The position numbers and the translations under genes were made by a program. The notes beneath the pieces were generated by a model. That model searched no databases and was not told the origin of the DNA. It was given only the letters and a program-made list of their open reading frames with translations. This document shows, one piece after another, positions 11,751 to 24,775 of a stretch of DNA of 64,000 bases (within the stretch, counting starts at the first letter, position 1; each line of letters opens with the position of its first letter). This stretch comes from Tubulanus polymorphus (taxonomy: Eukaryota; Animalia; Nemertea). The stretch lies in the NCBI RefSeq assembly GCF_964204645.1, contig NC_134030.1, positions 355,355 to 419,354 of the forward strand. The letters run 5' to 3'.

Positions 11751-13628
11751 TGTCTATAGACTGTTCGGTAACTGCGTAAATCTATAATATCAGCAGGATC
11801 AACCCTGTAATCACCGCACCACGCACTGAGTACTCAGTCATTCTGACACACCAGAACCAGCAAAAAACAACATCCAACTTTCACTTGTCTTTAGACGCCG
11901 ATTCCATATTTCACAGGGCCTCAACTCGACTGTCGACACGTCGGTTCAATAGAACTGCGCCTACTATATGAGATCTGTAATTGTTTCATTGTTCTACGCC
12001 GTTCTAGACGCATATTTTACTAGATTTGCAGCAATTTCCGTCAAAAATGAAGACACCTTCAATGTCTGATCATTGAGCTACTTCCATTATCGAAAAGGGG
12101 AGGTAGGTTTGACTTTGTAATCTTTGATTTACTTTCAAATCAACTTCATAGACTAATCCACTAATATTCCACCCTTAGTCTGCTATTTACTCAATTAAGT
12201 AAGTTTTGTGAAAATTTCGTCGTTTTCTGAGATGAGAAACTGCTTCCAGACTTAATTATTTACATTTTATCATTGAAGCCACTTTCCCTATTAAGGTCGA
12301 GTCTAATGTCTGGAGATGCCGTCGATCGTAGTTCGACGTGTCTGCCGTGAGAGGGAGTGCATAATCACCATAAAATAAAAAAAGGCATAAAAAATGTATG
12401 TGACTCGTTGTAAACGTCGTCGAATTGCTGCAAATATCCGAGTTAGATAACTCTTGAAAACAATTCCGATAAATGAAGTTTTAAATTCATTTATATTTCG
12501 CGTTTCGATGTTTTTCCTCCGTGTTGTACTCGCTAAAAGTGCAAAAACGCCTACGACTCATCCGCCATCTAACGTAATGCGATCGCATGAACTGACATTA
12601 CTCCAGAGTTGATAAACAAACGATGTAAACGGTTTTTTCGGACTAAAAATAATAATTTTCATCTATCTTTCCTACACTGGTGATTATAAATGGTTATAAT
12701 GAGTTAAAACAGTGCGTACGTGGCTTCACCGAAAACTCGCATGCCACAGGAAGAATCTATTTTATCTTGAAAATGAGGTTCGAATCCCATATATCATGCC
12801 TCGCTTCACTTTTTTTTCATGAATCTCTAAATTCTATTGATTTAGATGATGGAAGCTTTGGGGTCAGATTCCATTTCCGGAAAACGCCAAGAATAGTCCA
12901 ATTAGTAATTATCTATAAACATGCATGTGGAGCTTGAAGTACTAAGTAGTTTAACAAGTTTCAGGTGATCCACATATAAATGCCCACATTAAGTAGCCCC
13001 TATTTGCAGTGCAGCTTAGTTTTAAGTTCCAGTTCCTGCTGGCAGCTAACAGTGTGCGGGCAACAGTTTAAAAACCAGGAGGGTCAATGAACAATCCAAT
13101 ACTAGGATCAGTCTTCGAGCTGAGTCCAGACTAGTCAGTAACCTGTCTGTGGTTTAGTTTCACAATCGGATATTTTAACAAACCACATATTTTGGTATAT
13201 TGGTATAAGTCCATCCGATTATAAAAAGCTTACCAACGATTAGGTAACTAAGTAGGTCCAGACCTGTTTAGTGTGCGGCAACAGACAGCTCATAATAGGA
13301 TTGATGGACAATTCAATAGGGTCAGCCTCAGAGCTGGGTCAAACTCCTGTTTCACAGTGGACTTCCGAGACCGTGGTCCAGTCTTGAGGTTAAATAAACA
13401 ATCCTCAAGTCCAGTCTGGGATCTATAGTCAAGATTTAGCTGCTTACAGTATTCGAGAAAGAAATCCTTCCTTTGGTCCCTTCATGAAATCCAGTGAAGT
13501 CTCGAAGATAAATAACTCCAGAAGAAAGACGAAACAAACAAATGAATGTTTTACTATGGAATCACAACTTTATTTTGTTACAACTAAGAAATCGCTCTGC
13601 TCAGGCTGTACAATAACTCTAAACTATA

Positions 13629-13644
13629 CCAGTAGATGGCGCTA
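13629..13644 (+). promoter_or_regulatory. CTCF-like motif
   Basis: CCAGTAGATGGCGCTA matches the CTCF consensus; lies between BMPR2 and the ATP synthase c coding region. Confidence 0.45.
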
Positions 13645-14236
13645 GTGGTGGTGATCGGGTGATATTCAAGATTTTACACTCTTAACGACGACGCCGCTTC
13701 AATCAATAAATTAATTTAACATTTTTTTTTAACACTAGCACATTACAGAGATGTATTTAGTAATATGTACATGCATATATTTATGGTCCACAGTTTTCGT
13801 ACCTAGACGTCCTGCTCCGCGAGCGGGCGACCGTCATTAAGAACAATAATTCTTGCTCACTTCGAAAGTTTTCGGAAATATATATTACCCAATGTAGTAA
13901 CGTTAGTGGTCAATCAAATCTAAACTATCAAATCATTTCACAAACCTCGCAAAATACTTATTATTCATCTCTGCTTTAAAACAATTAATTAATGATGTTC
14001 GGCCTAAATTTTCGTCTAAACTTTTGACATAGTTTTTTGTTTTTTTACGTTTAATATCAAAAACGTGGTTATTTTTTTCTACGAGAAGAGCTCGACCCCG
14101 GTTTTACAACGCCCGACTCTTCAAACGCACAAAAAAAAAAAACCCAATAATAATAATCATTAATTTATACACAATATTATCAATTAATAGAATCGTTTGC
14201 TAGTTTTATTTTTTCGTTTAGGCTTCGAGCGTCGGA

Positions 14237-16656
14237 TTAAAAAGCGAACAGAATCAAGAACGCCATCATTAGACAGAACAGACCCATAGCTTCGGACAGA
14301 GCAAACCCTAGAATAGCATACGAGAACAATTGTTGTTTTAACGACGGGTTTCTGGCGTAACCAATTACTAAATTACCGAATACACTTCCGATACCAGCTC
14401 CTGAAATATCATAATTAAAATACTGCGTTAGATGTTGACAGGGATGAGATGAAAGTATTTTGTCAGACAGTTTTCATTGAAATTTACGAGATAAATCAAT
14501 CTTCAACCCCTTAAAAGGTTTTGGGCGGAAGTTCACAACCATTCACTTAGGGCTGTGAACGTTTTCATACATCCTTGATGTTCTTCATCCGCCAGACATC
14601 CAATAGATGTCGCTCAAGTCTCAATTTAAAACAACAGCAAGTGAAAAACGTGATAAATGCAATTTATCAAAACCATCGGAAAATTGAAACCGTTAAGGGC
14701 TGAACATAAGGTCTGTAGCAATCAGACTACAGAGACAAAAAGTCGGCACCTTTTCCTCCTAAAATTCCAAACAACTTTCTACAGATTGGTCTTGACAGAA
14801 TTTTCGGGGATTTATTTTGAGACTGTTTAAGTCGCTGCCCAAATTCGAACCATGTAGAATGATAGCTAGTAAACGTACCTGAACCAGCTGCACCGACAGT
14901 AGCTGCACCAGCTCCGATGTATTTAGCTGCTTGATCGATATCACGCCTTACGGCTGATGTCTGTAGACTACGTATTTGTGAATTCAGAACGGACATTAAA
15001 TTAACATTATTTAACGTGCACATTGTCGATACATTGTTAACAGCAGCAGCGGGACTCGTCACGGTTACCTAGAAAACACACAATATAATAACAAACTTTA
15101 GTTTACAATCGCTGATCAGGGTGTGACACTTTCCTGACTTGCGTATTCTTGGACTTCCAAGTGTATTCCATTTCCCAGACTTGATCTGCTAAGAGTTCGA
15201 TCAATTAACCCAGTCCTTACACCAGATGGAAACTGAACTTGATTCTAGCTATCTCAACAAATTTCCACCAAGTTTAGATTTTCTTTTCAAACTATCTCCT
15301 GACTGTTTCCATTTCTAATACAGATAAGTGTCTAATGAACGCAGCATCTAGTGAGGTGGCGCTGAGCGTTACAGAATCTGGAGAATTGAATACTTACTGG
15401 TTGTTTACGGCTTGTAACCGCGGAGCTGATCGGACGAGTGACTGTAATCGCTCTCGACGCAACCTATAAATAATGAGAAATATATTTCACTATAGACAAC
15501 GGCAGAATCAGTGAATTCTACTTACAGCATCTCCGCAGTGAGTGGGCTCAACCAGAACACCCCCCCCCTAAACAACACAGAACACACCTCTGCAGAATCA
15601 GAACTCCCTTTGGGACTTTACACACAGGCACTTGAATATGGACTATGATAATGGATAAATATTTGATAATTTACCAGCGATACGTTAATCCTACTTTAAT
15701 AGATCCGCCATGTTTTATAATAAATTTACCCATGATGCAACGCGCGCCGGTCGTTTAGCTATACTATACAGAAAGGCTGGAAACGACCCTATCTCCGTAA
15801 TGCTTAAATCTACCCGCAGTTATCGGGACAGCCGAACACTGCCGATGATTGCCGAAGTACGTCCTTAGTGTCAATTTTAACCCTGATATATAAGGAGCGC
15901 CCATAATTTCAATTGTAGATGATTTTTTTGGAAACATTGACACCGTTTTAGCTCCGTTAAAGATTTTAAATGGCAACAAAATTGATTTTTGAAAATTCAC
16001 GATGCCTCTTCGGGATTGCTGTGACGTCATCTGTCCCGATAACTGCAGGTAGATTTAAGCATTATGGAGATAGGATCGTTTCCAGCCTTTCTGTATAGTA
16101 TAGCTAAACGACTGGCGCTCGTTGCATCATGGGTAAATTTATTATAAAACATGGCGATCTATTAAAGTAGGATTAACGTATCGCTGGTAAATTATCAAAT
16201 ATTTATCCATTATCAAAGCCCACATTCAAGTGCCTGTGCTTTACAGCTCCTCGGTCCCCTCTGCATTGAGTGATAGTAACACATTAAGACAACATTTTGT
16301 TTAGTTACAATGCTTAAAACAACTTTGATAGAAGAGGTTTCAGCAGTAAAGCCCCCCCCCCCCGAACTCAGGAACTGAACTCATTTTGTACCCCTCGGCC
16401 TCCTCTGGTCCTGACTTAACTCCAATGATTTCCCAAATTGACATTTAATTACCAGTTAGTCAATAAACTGTCTAATTTAACTCAGGGAATACGTAACAAA
16501 CTGAACATACGCCCCCGAGACTACTGTCAACGGGTCAAGGACGAATCAAGAGAAGAAATTGTTTCATGAATTTCAAGACATTATTTCCGAATAAAAGCGT
16601 AAACGACTTACCAGACTGCGTGTGATGGGTGTGAGGTATTTAGCGCAGGAATACAT
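14237..16656 (-). CDS. ATP5MC: Mitochondrial ATP synthase F0 subunit c precursor
   Basis: Exons 16612-16656 ([15 protein letters not shown]), 15398-15463, 14879-15068 (...[31 protein letters not shown]) and 14237-14400 ([54 protein letters not shown]); probable non-coding first exon at ~16907-16934. Confidence 0.96.
15623..16238. mobile_element. Non-autonomous DNA transposon with ~207-bp TIRs and 7-bp TSD
   Basis: 15623-15830 is the inverted copy of 16031-16238; termini CACAGGC...GCCTGTG; CTTTACA flanks both sides. Confidence 0.88.
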
Positions 16657-16934
16657 GATAGTAGATGATTTGATTGCTCCGACTGCGGGTGGGTTACAAG
16701 CCACTGAAATATACAGAATGACCTTCACTATTTATAATCGCCGACAATTTCCCTTCAAAATTAAGATTTATAAAACGAACTATTCTCATAAAATCAAAGA
16801 AAACGATATAATAAATCTTATCACAGATATTCACCTACAGATGATTAGTAGAAATGTGTTATTTGAACGGATTAGAGGAGTAATTTGAAAGCGACTGCCG
16901 GCTTACCTAAAATATCACCGATAGAGAGTCGAGA

Positions 16935-17167
16935 TGCGCATGCGTCGTTACGAGCTGGTAATTACTGGTAGAGGGGTCGAGCAATAGGAGACACCCCTAA
17001 AACAAACCCTACAATTAGAAAATACATCCATATACCTACTTATAGACAGTAGGCATTAGGAACGGTAATTTACTCATTTCAAAAATTCTCATTAAAAAAA
17101 GAGAGATAATTAAACCGATCGGTAATTTCCGGTAGAGTTCGGAAAGCGCCCGAGGAAACCCGGAAGT
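16935..17167. promoter_or_regulatory. Putative bidirectional promoter ATP5MC/JAZF1
   Basis: Genes are divergent and close; NRF1-type TGCGCATGCG at 16935 and ETS/GABP-type CCGGAAGT at 17160. Confidence 0.55.
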
Positions 17168-17245
17168 AAAGATTTGGGGAGCCCCAGCCTCAGCCTCAGC
17201 AGCATCAGCAGCATCAAGAGAGGGCTGGATGACGACCCGAGGAGC

Positions 17246-19414
17246 ATGGCTGTGTTTTTAATGAACACATGCAAGTTCAATAGTTGTGGGATGAATTTCT
17301 CGACTCTGGGTGACCTCATTCAGCATATTGAGGACACTCATATCGGTAAATATCAACACTCTCAGTTTGACAGGTGTCACTGTCAAAACTTTTAGATTTT
17401 GACAGTTGTTCAAATGTTCTAATTTTGTTGTTTGTTATTTAAGAGTCGGATCCACGAGTTATAGAGAAACAGGAATTACAGCAGCCTCCATCTCTTCCAT
17501 TAAGTTATATACTCAGGTTATTTTGTGAGGCTGGTGGTACAAAACGCGTTGAGGCCGCCGCTGCCGTCAGTAATGAGTTGAAGAAACGACCACGAGGTGG
17601 CGCTGTCTCACCGGCTCGTAGCGTTACCCCGACCGGGAGCGAGCTGGACGACGATGATGTCGTTGCCGCCAGCGACGACGAGGATAGCGATGATTCTTGG
17701 ACGACGCAAGAAGAATTTTCATCGGAAGTTATTCTCAGGTGGGTGTTTTAACCCTTGGCTCCGGACAAATGGCGTCAGTAAAATGCGAGGGTTTTTACAA
17801 CTCCTCGATTCCTTTAACTCCTCGAGCTGCAGTTGCTCTAAAGTTGGTTAGAGTTTCTCAGTTGATAGCTGACATTGTGACAATTAGAAGTTCATTGTTG
17901 CTATTGGCCGGTTATCTTTAACCAACTTTTGAGCAACTGCAGCCCTTTAATGGAAAATGTTTTAAATGTGCTTGAAACTCCTTCAATTTGAGCAAAATGT
18001 CAGAATTCCTTCAATTTTTTAGAAATATACAATCAGACATGTTTGTAGTTGTATAGTAAACCACCTAAATCAGTACAGTTGAAACAAGGATCTTTTTGTT
18101 AGCCAATTAGGAGGTTACAGAATTAGAAACAGAGTTTAGTATAGTGGATAGAAATGTGCTCACAAAATCACCCAATAACCTACTGAGATAAACACTACCG
18201 ATTAGGAGGAGTTTACTGACGTAATTCTGGGATATGATTAATTATTAATTATAGTATGATTATTATTATTATTAATCATAATAAGATCATTATTTTTATG
18301 ATTATAATGAATTATAGTATGATTATTATAATTATTAATCATAATAAGATTATTATCATTTTTATGATTATTATAATTATCATGAATTATAGTTTGATTA
18401 TCATTATCAATTGTAGTATAGTATCCTGATGATGATTATGATTATTATAATTAATTATAGTATGATTATTATTATTATTAATCATAATAAGATTATTATC
18501 ATTTTTATGATTATTATAATTATCATGAATTATAGTTTGATTATCATTATCAATTGTAGTATAGTATCCTGATGATGATTATTATGATTATAATTAATTA
18601 TAGTATGATGGCGAATATAAAAGATGTGAGCGATAAACCGTTTGCGTGTCCAGTTCCCGGTTGTAAGAAACGATATAAAAATGTGAATGGAATCAAATAT
18701 CACGCGAGACACGGTCATCGTAAAGACGCACGATTCGTGTAAATATTCATAACCGTCATTCGTTCATTGTTTCGTCGTTTACCTCGTCGTTTCCATGGTG
18801 ATTTATTTTACGTTTTCAGAGTGAAAAAAGCGTTCAAATGCAAATGCGGTAAAAGTTACCGGTCGGCTCAAGGTTTACGCAATCATCAACTGCTTTATCA
18901 CCCGGTAACAACGCTTCTTAAAACAGCGACGACGCAACAATCAAATACAGCTACAACAACGCAAGCCGTTATCGCTACGGCAACCGTTTCTCAATTAGTA
19001 ACGCAGCCGACGCTGGCGTTATCGATACCAGCCGTTTCCTGTATCACTCCGCTTCCTATTCCTCCGCAACCGCAAACACTCGTCACAACAATGGCAGCAC
19101 CGCTTAGCGTAACCATGACTACCGACAATCACCCGTCGAATACGAAGAATACGACGACGACGATTAATCCGGGATTAGGGATTAATCCTGGATTAGGGAT
19201 TAATCCGGTGGGGGGAGGAGTAGGAAACGTGAATAATATACAAGCTCACGTTCAGGCAGCACACGCACTAGCTCACGCACAGGCTCAGGCTAAACAGGTC
19301 GTACAGGCCATTCAAAACGCTACAAATAACGCTTTAACTACTACAGCGCCACCTACAATAACAAACCTCGTACAGTCAGTATCATCAGCTATAGAACAAA
19401 TAGTAGCCGAATAG
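17246..19414 (+). CDS. JAZF1: JAZF1-like C2H2 zinc-finger protein
   Basis: Exons 17246-17345 (MAVFLMNTCKFNSCGMNFSTLGDLIQHIEDTHI), 17444-17738 (QELQQP...DSDDSWTTQEEFSSE), 18604-18738 (KPFACPVPGCKKRYKNVNGIKYHARHGH) and 18820-19414 (FKCKCGKSYRSAQGLRNH plus a T/Q/A-rich tail). Confidence 0.93.
17826..17943. mobile_element. Short palindromic MITE
   Basis: GCTGCAGTTGCTCTAAAGTTGGTTA...TAACCAACTTTTGAGCAACTGCAGC. Confidence 0.7.
18230..18610. repeat. AT-rich repeat containing copies of the JAZF1 exon 3 acceptor
   Basis: AATTATAG|TATGAT near 18250, 18311, 18451 and the real site at 18601-18609. Confidence 0.75.
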
Positions 19415-19705
19415 AGGGGGGTCTTACAGCGCCACCTACAATAACAAACCTAGTACAATCAGTATCATCAGCTATAGAACAAATAGTAGCCGAATAGAGG
19501 GGGGTATCGCAGCGCCCCCTACAATAATAAACCTAGTACAATCAGTATCATCAGCTATAGAACAAATAGTGGCCGAATAGAGGGGGGTCTTACAGCGCCC
19601 CCTACAATAACAAACCTAGTACAATCAGTATCATCAGCTATAGAACAAATTGTAGCCGAATAGAGTGGGGTCTCGCAGCGCCCCCTACAATAACAAACCT
19701 AGCAC
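19343..19705. repeat. 83-bp tandem repeat containing the JAZF1 C-terminus and stop (~4.4 copies)
   Basis: (A/G)CAGCGCC(A/C)CCTACAATAA starting at 19343, 19426, 19509, 19592 and 19675; the first four units run on to GCCGAATAG. Confidence 0.93.
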
Positions 19706-19944
19706 AATAGACACTGAGAGGAATCTGAGTAGAAAGGGTCCCGGGCCTTCCTGTGGAGTGTGCTGCCCCCTGTGAGCTAAATGAATAAGGTACAGACCTG
19801 TTTGTATTGTATGAACAGTTACAATGAGCTGATCAAACAGGGAACAATATTCACCAATAGGTGTCTCTGTCTAAGTGTTTATTACATGTTGTGTGTAAAT
19901 TATTGATAGTCGCTGAAATATTACATTCATTGTTCTCACTTTCT

Positions 19945-20670
19945 GTTCTTACTGCTCCTTATTCAGCTGCTCCTACCCTTACTGCTCCTTATTCAGCTGC
20001 TCCTACCCTTACTGCACCTTATTCAGCTGCTCCTACCCTCACTGCACCTCTACCCTTACTGCTCCTTATTCAGCTGCTCCTACCCTTACTGCTCCTTATT
20101 CAGCTGCTCCTACCCTCACTGCTCCTTATTCAGCTGCTCCTACCCTTACTGCTCCTTATTCAGCTGCTCCTACCCTCACTGCTCCTTATTCAGCTGCTCC
20201 TACCCTTACTGCTCCTTATTCAGCTGCTCCTACCCTCACTGCTCCTTATTCAGCTGCTCCTACCCTCACTGCTCCTTATTCAGCTGCTCCTACCCTCACT
20301 GCACCTCTACCCTCACTGCTCCTTATTCAGCTGCTCCTACCCTCACTGCTCCTTATTCAGCTGCTCCTACCCTCACTGCACCTCTACCCTTACTGCACCT
20401 CTACCCTTACTGCACCTTATTCAGCTGCTCCTACCCTCACTGCACCTCTACCCTCACTGCACCTCTACCCTTACTGCACCTCTACCCTTACTGCACCTCT
20501 ACCCTTACGCTCCTACCCTCACTGCTCCTTATTCAGCTGCTCCTACCCTCACTGCTCCTTATTCAGCTGCTCCTACCCTTACTGCTCCTTATTCAGCTGC
20601 TCCTACCCTCACTGCACCTCTACCCTTACTGCTCCTTATTCAGCTGCTCCTACCCTTACTGCACCTCTTC
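19945..20670. repeat. 30-bp/18-bp compound minisatellite
   Basis: ACTGCTCCTTATTCAGCTGCTCCTACCCT(T/C) mixed with ACTGCACCTCTACCCT(T/C). Confidence 0.92.
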
Positions 20671-22213
20671 TCCTGTTGCTTGCTGCACCTCTACGCTTAT
20701 TGCTCTACTTTTGTCTCAAGCTACACTTAGTTCCTGCTCCTCTCAAGCTAGACTTGCTCTTATTGAGCTGCTTCTGCTCCTGTGATTAGTGTTAATTTAT
20801 TATCTATTGTGTCCTGTATTTATTGTATTGTAAATATTGCCTTATTTAATTGTTCAGTATTATTGTGTGTACACACCATGTATAAAACCAGAGTCAATGT
20901 GTCCCTTCCAGTCAACGCCACCTCTAGCCTGCTGCTGGTGGAACACTCAACTCAATTTGTCCGGCATGCAATATCGTGAGTTAGTATTAGTTCATACATT
21001 TTAAGGGTTTGAAAAAGTATTCCCACAAAACTGTTATCTCTGAGTTAAACAGTTATCTCTGAGTTAAACAGTTATCTCTGAGTTAAACATTTTTTTTAGT
21101 TAAACAGTGATCTCTGAGTTAACCCTTTCAGTGTGTCTACACTGCAGTGCGGTGTATTGATGTAATTAGTAATTATCTCTCTTGAAAAATGGCAGCACCT
21201 GTCAAACATTGTGAAATACTAGTAACTAACGATACACCGCGCCGTGGTGTAGACGCATTATAGTGATATTCCTGTCATTCAACACACTGGACTGGAATTT
21301 TTCAGAATTTTCAAATAATCTTCAGCACTATAGGGTATTTATTGAAAGGGTACAGTTATCTCTGATTTGAGGAGCTGTCTCTGAGATAGACGTCAGATAA
21401 ATGTCAGGAGTGACTCAGGAGTGTCTCGGCGTGCATTCTCTCTTGTTTGACATTTTTGTGTTGTGTACATAAAACAAACATCAATTGCATTTATTGAATA
21501 TAAACCGTTTTCTATGTTGCTTAAAACCAAATTAAGATTGTATATGTAGTGACGTGAGTGTGTATTATCAACGAGAATGAGGAGGGGGTTGATTTTATTT
21601 TTATTCGTGCTGGAGGAGGGGGGAAGGGGGTAAGTGTGCCTGTATTTGTGATTGTTGATGTTGTACTCAGATGTTGCTTTATATTGCATTATTTAATACA
21701 CATGCCTAAAACAGTTCATCTATTGATACAGTGTAGAGTATAGTTTGAGGGGGGAGGGGGGTGAAAAGGGGAGGGAGAGTGAGGGGTTCAGAGAGGGCAG
21801 GGAGTGTGAGGGGTGTAAAAGGCTCGGATTTACTTAAAATTGATAGAAGAGTAAGAAATATTCTATTCATTATTTCAGTCATTTTGAGTTGGTCTTATGA
21901 AAAATAGTCAGAGTAAAAATTGAAAGCGAAACTTGTTTTTCTGAGAAGTCAAAGTTTCATTCAGAAGTATTAAATGTGTATAAATCAAATGCCAGTCATA
22001 AACTTGTTACGGTTTTCTAAGTCGTAACTGTTTAAGTTTTACTTTTCATCATATTGTCATTGACTTAAATCCAAATGAAGATTGATTAAGTAAATTGGAA
22101 AAGAAATACAAATACAGACTCAAGAATATAGAGATGACTTCGGCAATGTGACAAGTCATCCAATTGACGACTTATAGCGAGTTTAACTTTGAAAACCAGT
22201 AATCAGTTTACAC

Positions 22214-22318
<105 letters not shown>

Positions 22319-23699
22319 GTTAAGGTTATCATTTTGTCAAAGTGCATTTATTTAAGTACAGTCTATAGTCACGCAACTGTAGTCAGTTTATTAGGTTCCA
22401 TAGGTCACTTCTATTTGACCTGTGCGTTTTGACTTTTGGAACTGGTCACCCGGCACCTCACAGTTCGGTAAAGAGATTAATACCAGACCGTAGAATTGAG
22501 TTCTACGGTTTATATTTTCAATCTAGGTTTGATTAATTAACACTTCAGTAATGAACGGATTTCATGTTGTACCAAGGTCGACAGTTACTGAAAAGTTGGT
22601 TCAAATACCAGTGGCTAGTTATCATAGTATCAATTAAAACTGTATTATTATCACGGTATTTATCCGCCGGTTAACTTGATAAGCCAACTTTCGAGTGACT
22701 GTAACCTCCTAGAACTGTGGAGTTTGATACTGAATTTCTTTTAGCATTATTGTGATATATTTATGATAATTTTATTATTTATTTAATGATAGATGGATTA
22801 GTAGTTGCCTGAAGTTGCTATCAGTCAATCGCTCACGTTGTTAGTATTTATTTTTTTTATAGTTTTTTCACTGTCTCTTTAGTTATTTATATTACTCAAG
22901 TCTCGTGTCCCATTCCGTAGTCTCTGAACAAACACAAACTGACGTCATGGACCAGTTTCATAGAAACATCCTTGAAGTTTGAAGTGACCAATAGCAATTA
23001 GGCCAAAAATGTGCGTGGAGCTTTTTTGTCAGTTTCACGAAAAAGTTTCAGCTTAAGTTTGAATTGTTGTTCTCATTCTGAAAAACATGAAGTTCAACCA
23101 AGGCCCAAAAAATTGATACCTTGTTTCTCGATTTCTATACTGATTTTAAAAGTTGACCCGGCCGTAAATTACTTTTTTTTAAATCATGGTCAAGCTAACA
23201 ATAAAAGTCCCGGCAGTTATAGAAATGATCTCTGTAATGATCTATTTAAGTGCACTAAGTTAAATGACCTGCGGCCGATGAGGATAAACAAGGTATCATT
23301 TTTGTAAAGCCTTTAAATTTGAAATTAGTGACAAACTGGAACTGTGGACTGAAAATCAATCGCGTGTTGTAGAAAAATAGAACAAACTGCAATTATAAAA
23401 CAGAATCCGAATTGTTGCCAATAATTTATGTATTTATTATCTGTATAATGATATGAAAATATCTGATGCGTGCAATGTGAGCTGGGAATGCATTAAAATA
23501 AACTCAGTCTGAAATAATAACAGTAGCGATCATCACTTATATTCCAGAATAGAGTGACTGGTGTTGTTAATTATCAGTACCAGCAAGTCAAGTGCTACTT
23601 TTTGGAAACAATTTCTGTGGCCCTAATAATTTGTGCTTACCTTTCTTCACTTACAAATGTGAAAAAGTGCTGAAAATTACAGCATTTGTAATGTGAGAA

Positions 23700-23880
23700 T
23701 GATTAGTTGGAAGATCTACGTCTTGCCCCACTGCAAGGGATCAAGAGATGGCCAAAGCCTTTTACAGGTCCTTATAGCTCACAACCCATTGTTATGAGTC
23801 TTGACAGCCAACGCCAGAGCTAGTTTCGAACCCGGGACCTCTTGGTTCCCAGTCCTGCCACTCAACCCCGCTGGACCCAA
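23700..23880 (-). mobile_element. Possible tRNA-derived SINE remnant
   Basis: - strand GGTCCAGCGGGGTTGAGTGG...GGTCCCGGGTTCGAAAC resembles A/B boxes. Confidence 0.45.
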
Positions 23881-24477
23881 CAATCGGGAGATCAAATAAT
23901 CTAGATCCAAGGTCACGGCTTGGCAGTTAACTTCTCATAGTACATGAGTGACATAAGTAAAATTAATTGGTCCCGTGGAATACGAGTAGTACAATTAATG
24001 ATTTAATTCGTGGTCAGAAATCTTTGGAAATATAATTTAATTTGCTTTAAATTCCTTCTGTGGCATGTGGTTCTACCGCTTCACCGGATGCTAATACATT
24101 CGCTGAGCAAAATAGTTCTATTAAAAGTGGCTCGAACTTCGTTTATAAAAGCAAATTCCCCTTAGATAAAGCTTTTGCACTGATAAAAATATTTATTCAA
24201 AACAAACAAGTGTTGAGTGATCGATGAAATTTGACTGAGAAAAATATCAGTATTCCTCGCATGCCACAGTCGAATAACTAGCTGTGCTAGATCTTAACCG
24301 TTTGGTGCTGCCACTATGAATAACGATAGCGGGATTTCGGTAAACTAAAGTAAAAACAACAAACCAATGCCGGAACATAATATTTCTTTATTACGTACAA
24401 TATAACGAACCAGCACCTAATTCTAATAAACAATGATACTTGAATTGTAAATGATATTCTAATATTTATTTAGGTAA

Positions 24478-24596
24478 CCCCTGTATATCCCCTATAGAGC
24501 ATCAGGACCACTCTGAATCAGTGTCAGTAATTACTGGGTTCGAACCTGGGACATCCCTGTACATCCTCTATTCAGTATCAGGACCACTCTGAATCA
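24478..24596. repeat. 76-bp tRNA-like minisatellite (~1.5 copies)
   Basis: Same unit as 1262-1600. Confidence 0.85.
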
Positions 24597-24775
24597 TTTC
24601 AATAAGTCTATCAACTCTTATTCTCGAAATGGATATCATAGAATAAATGGAATTGTTGCTAGTCCAAATGATTCTATTTTTTTTAATGAGGCTTTCGTTT
24701 ATTGACTCGTTTTGAAAATCAATTTAACTAAATCGTGTTAACGGATTCTGAATCCGTGGTTTATGGTGACAACTT

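Noticed and set aside
14401-16611. Intronic snoRNAs/scaRNAs in the ATP synthase c gene
   Set aside because: CTGA boxes and a GU-rich tract are present, but no convincing C box or guide complementarity could be found by eye; needs Infernal or snoscan.
19861-20730. 289-aa Leu-rich ORF
   Set aside because: Non-ATG start; product of the 30-bp repeat.
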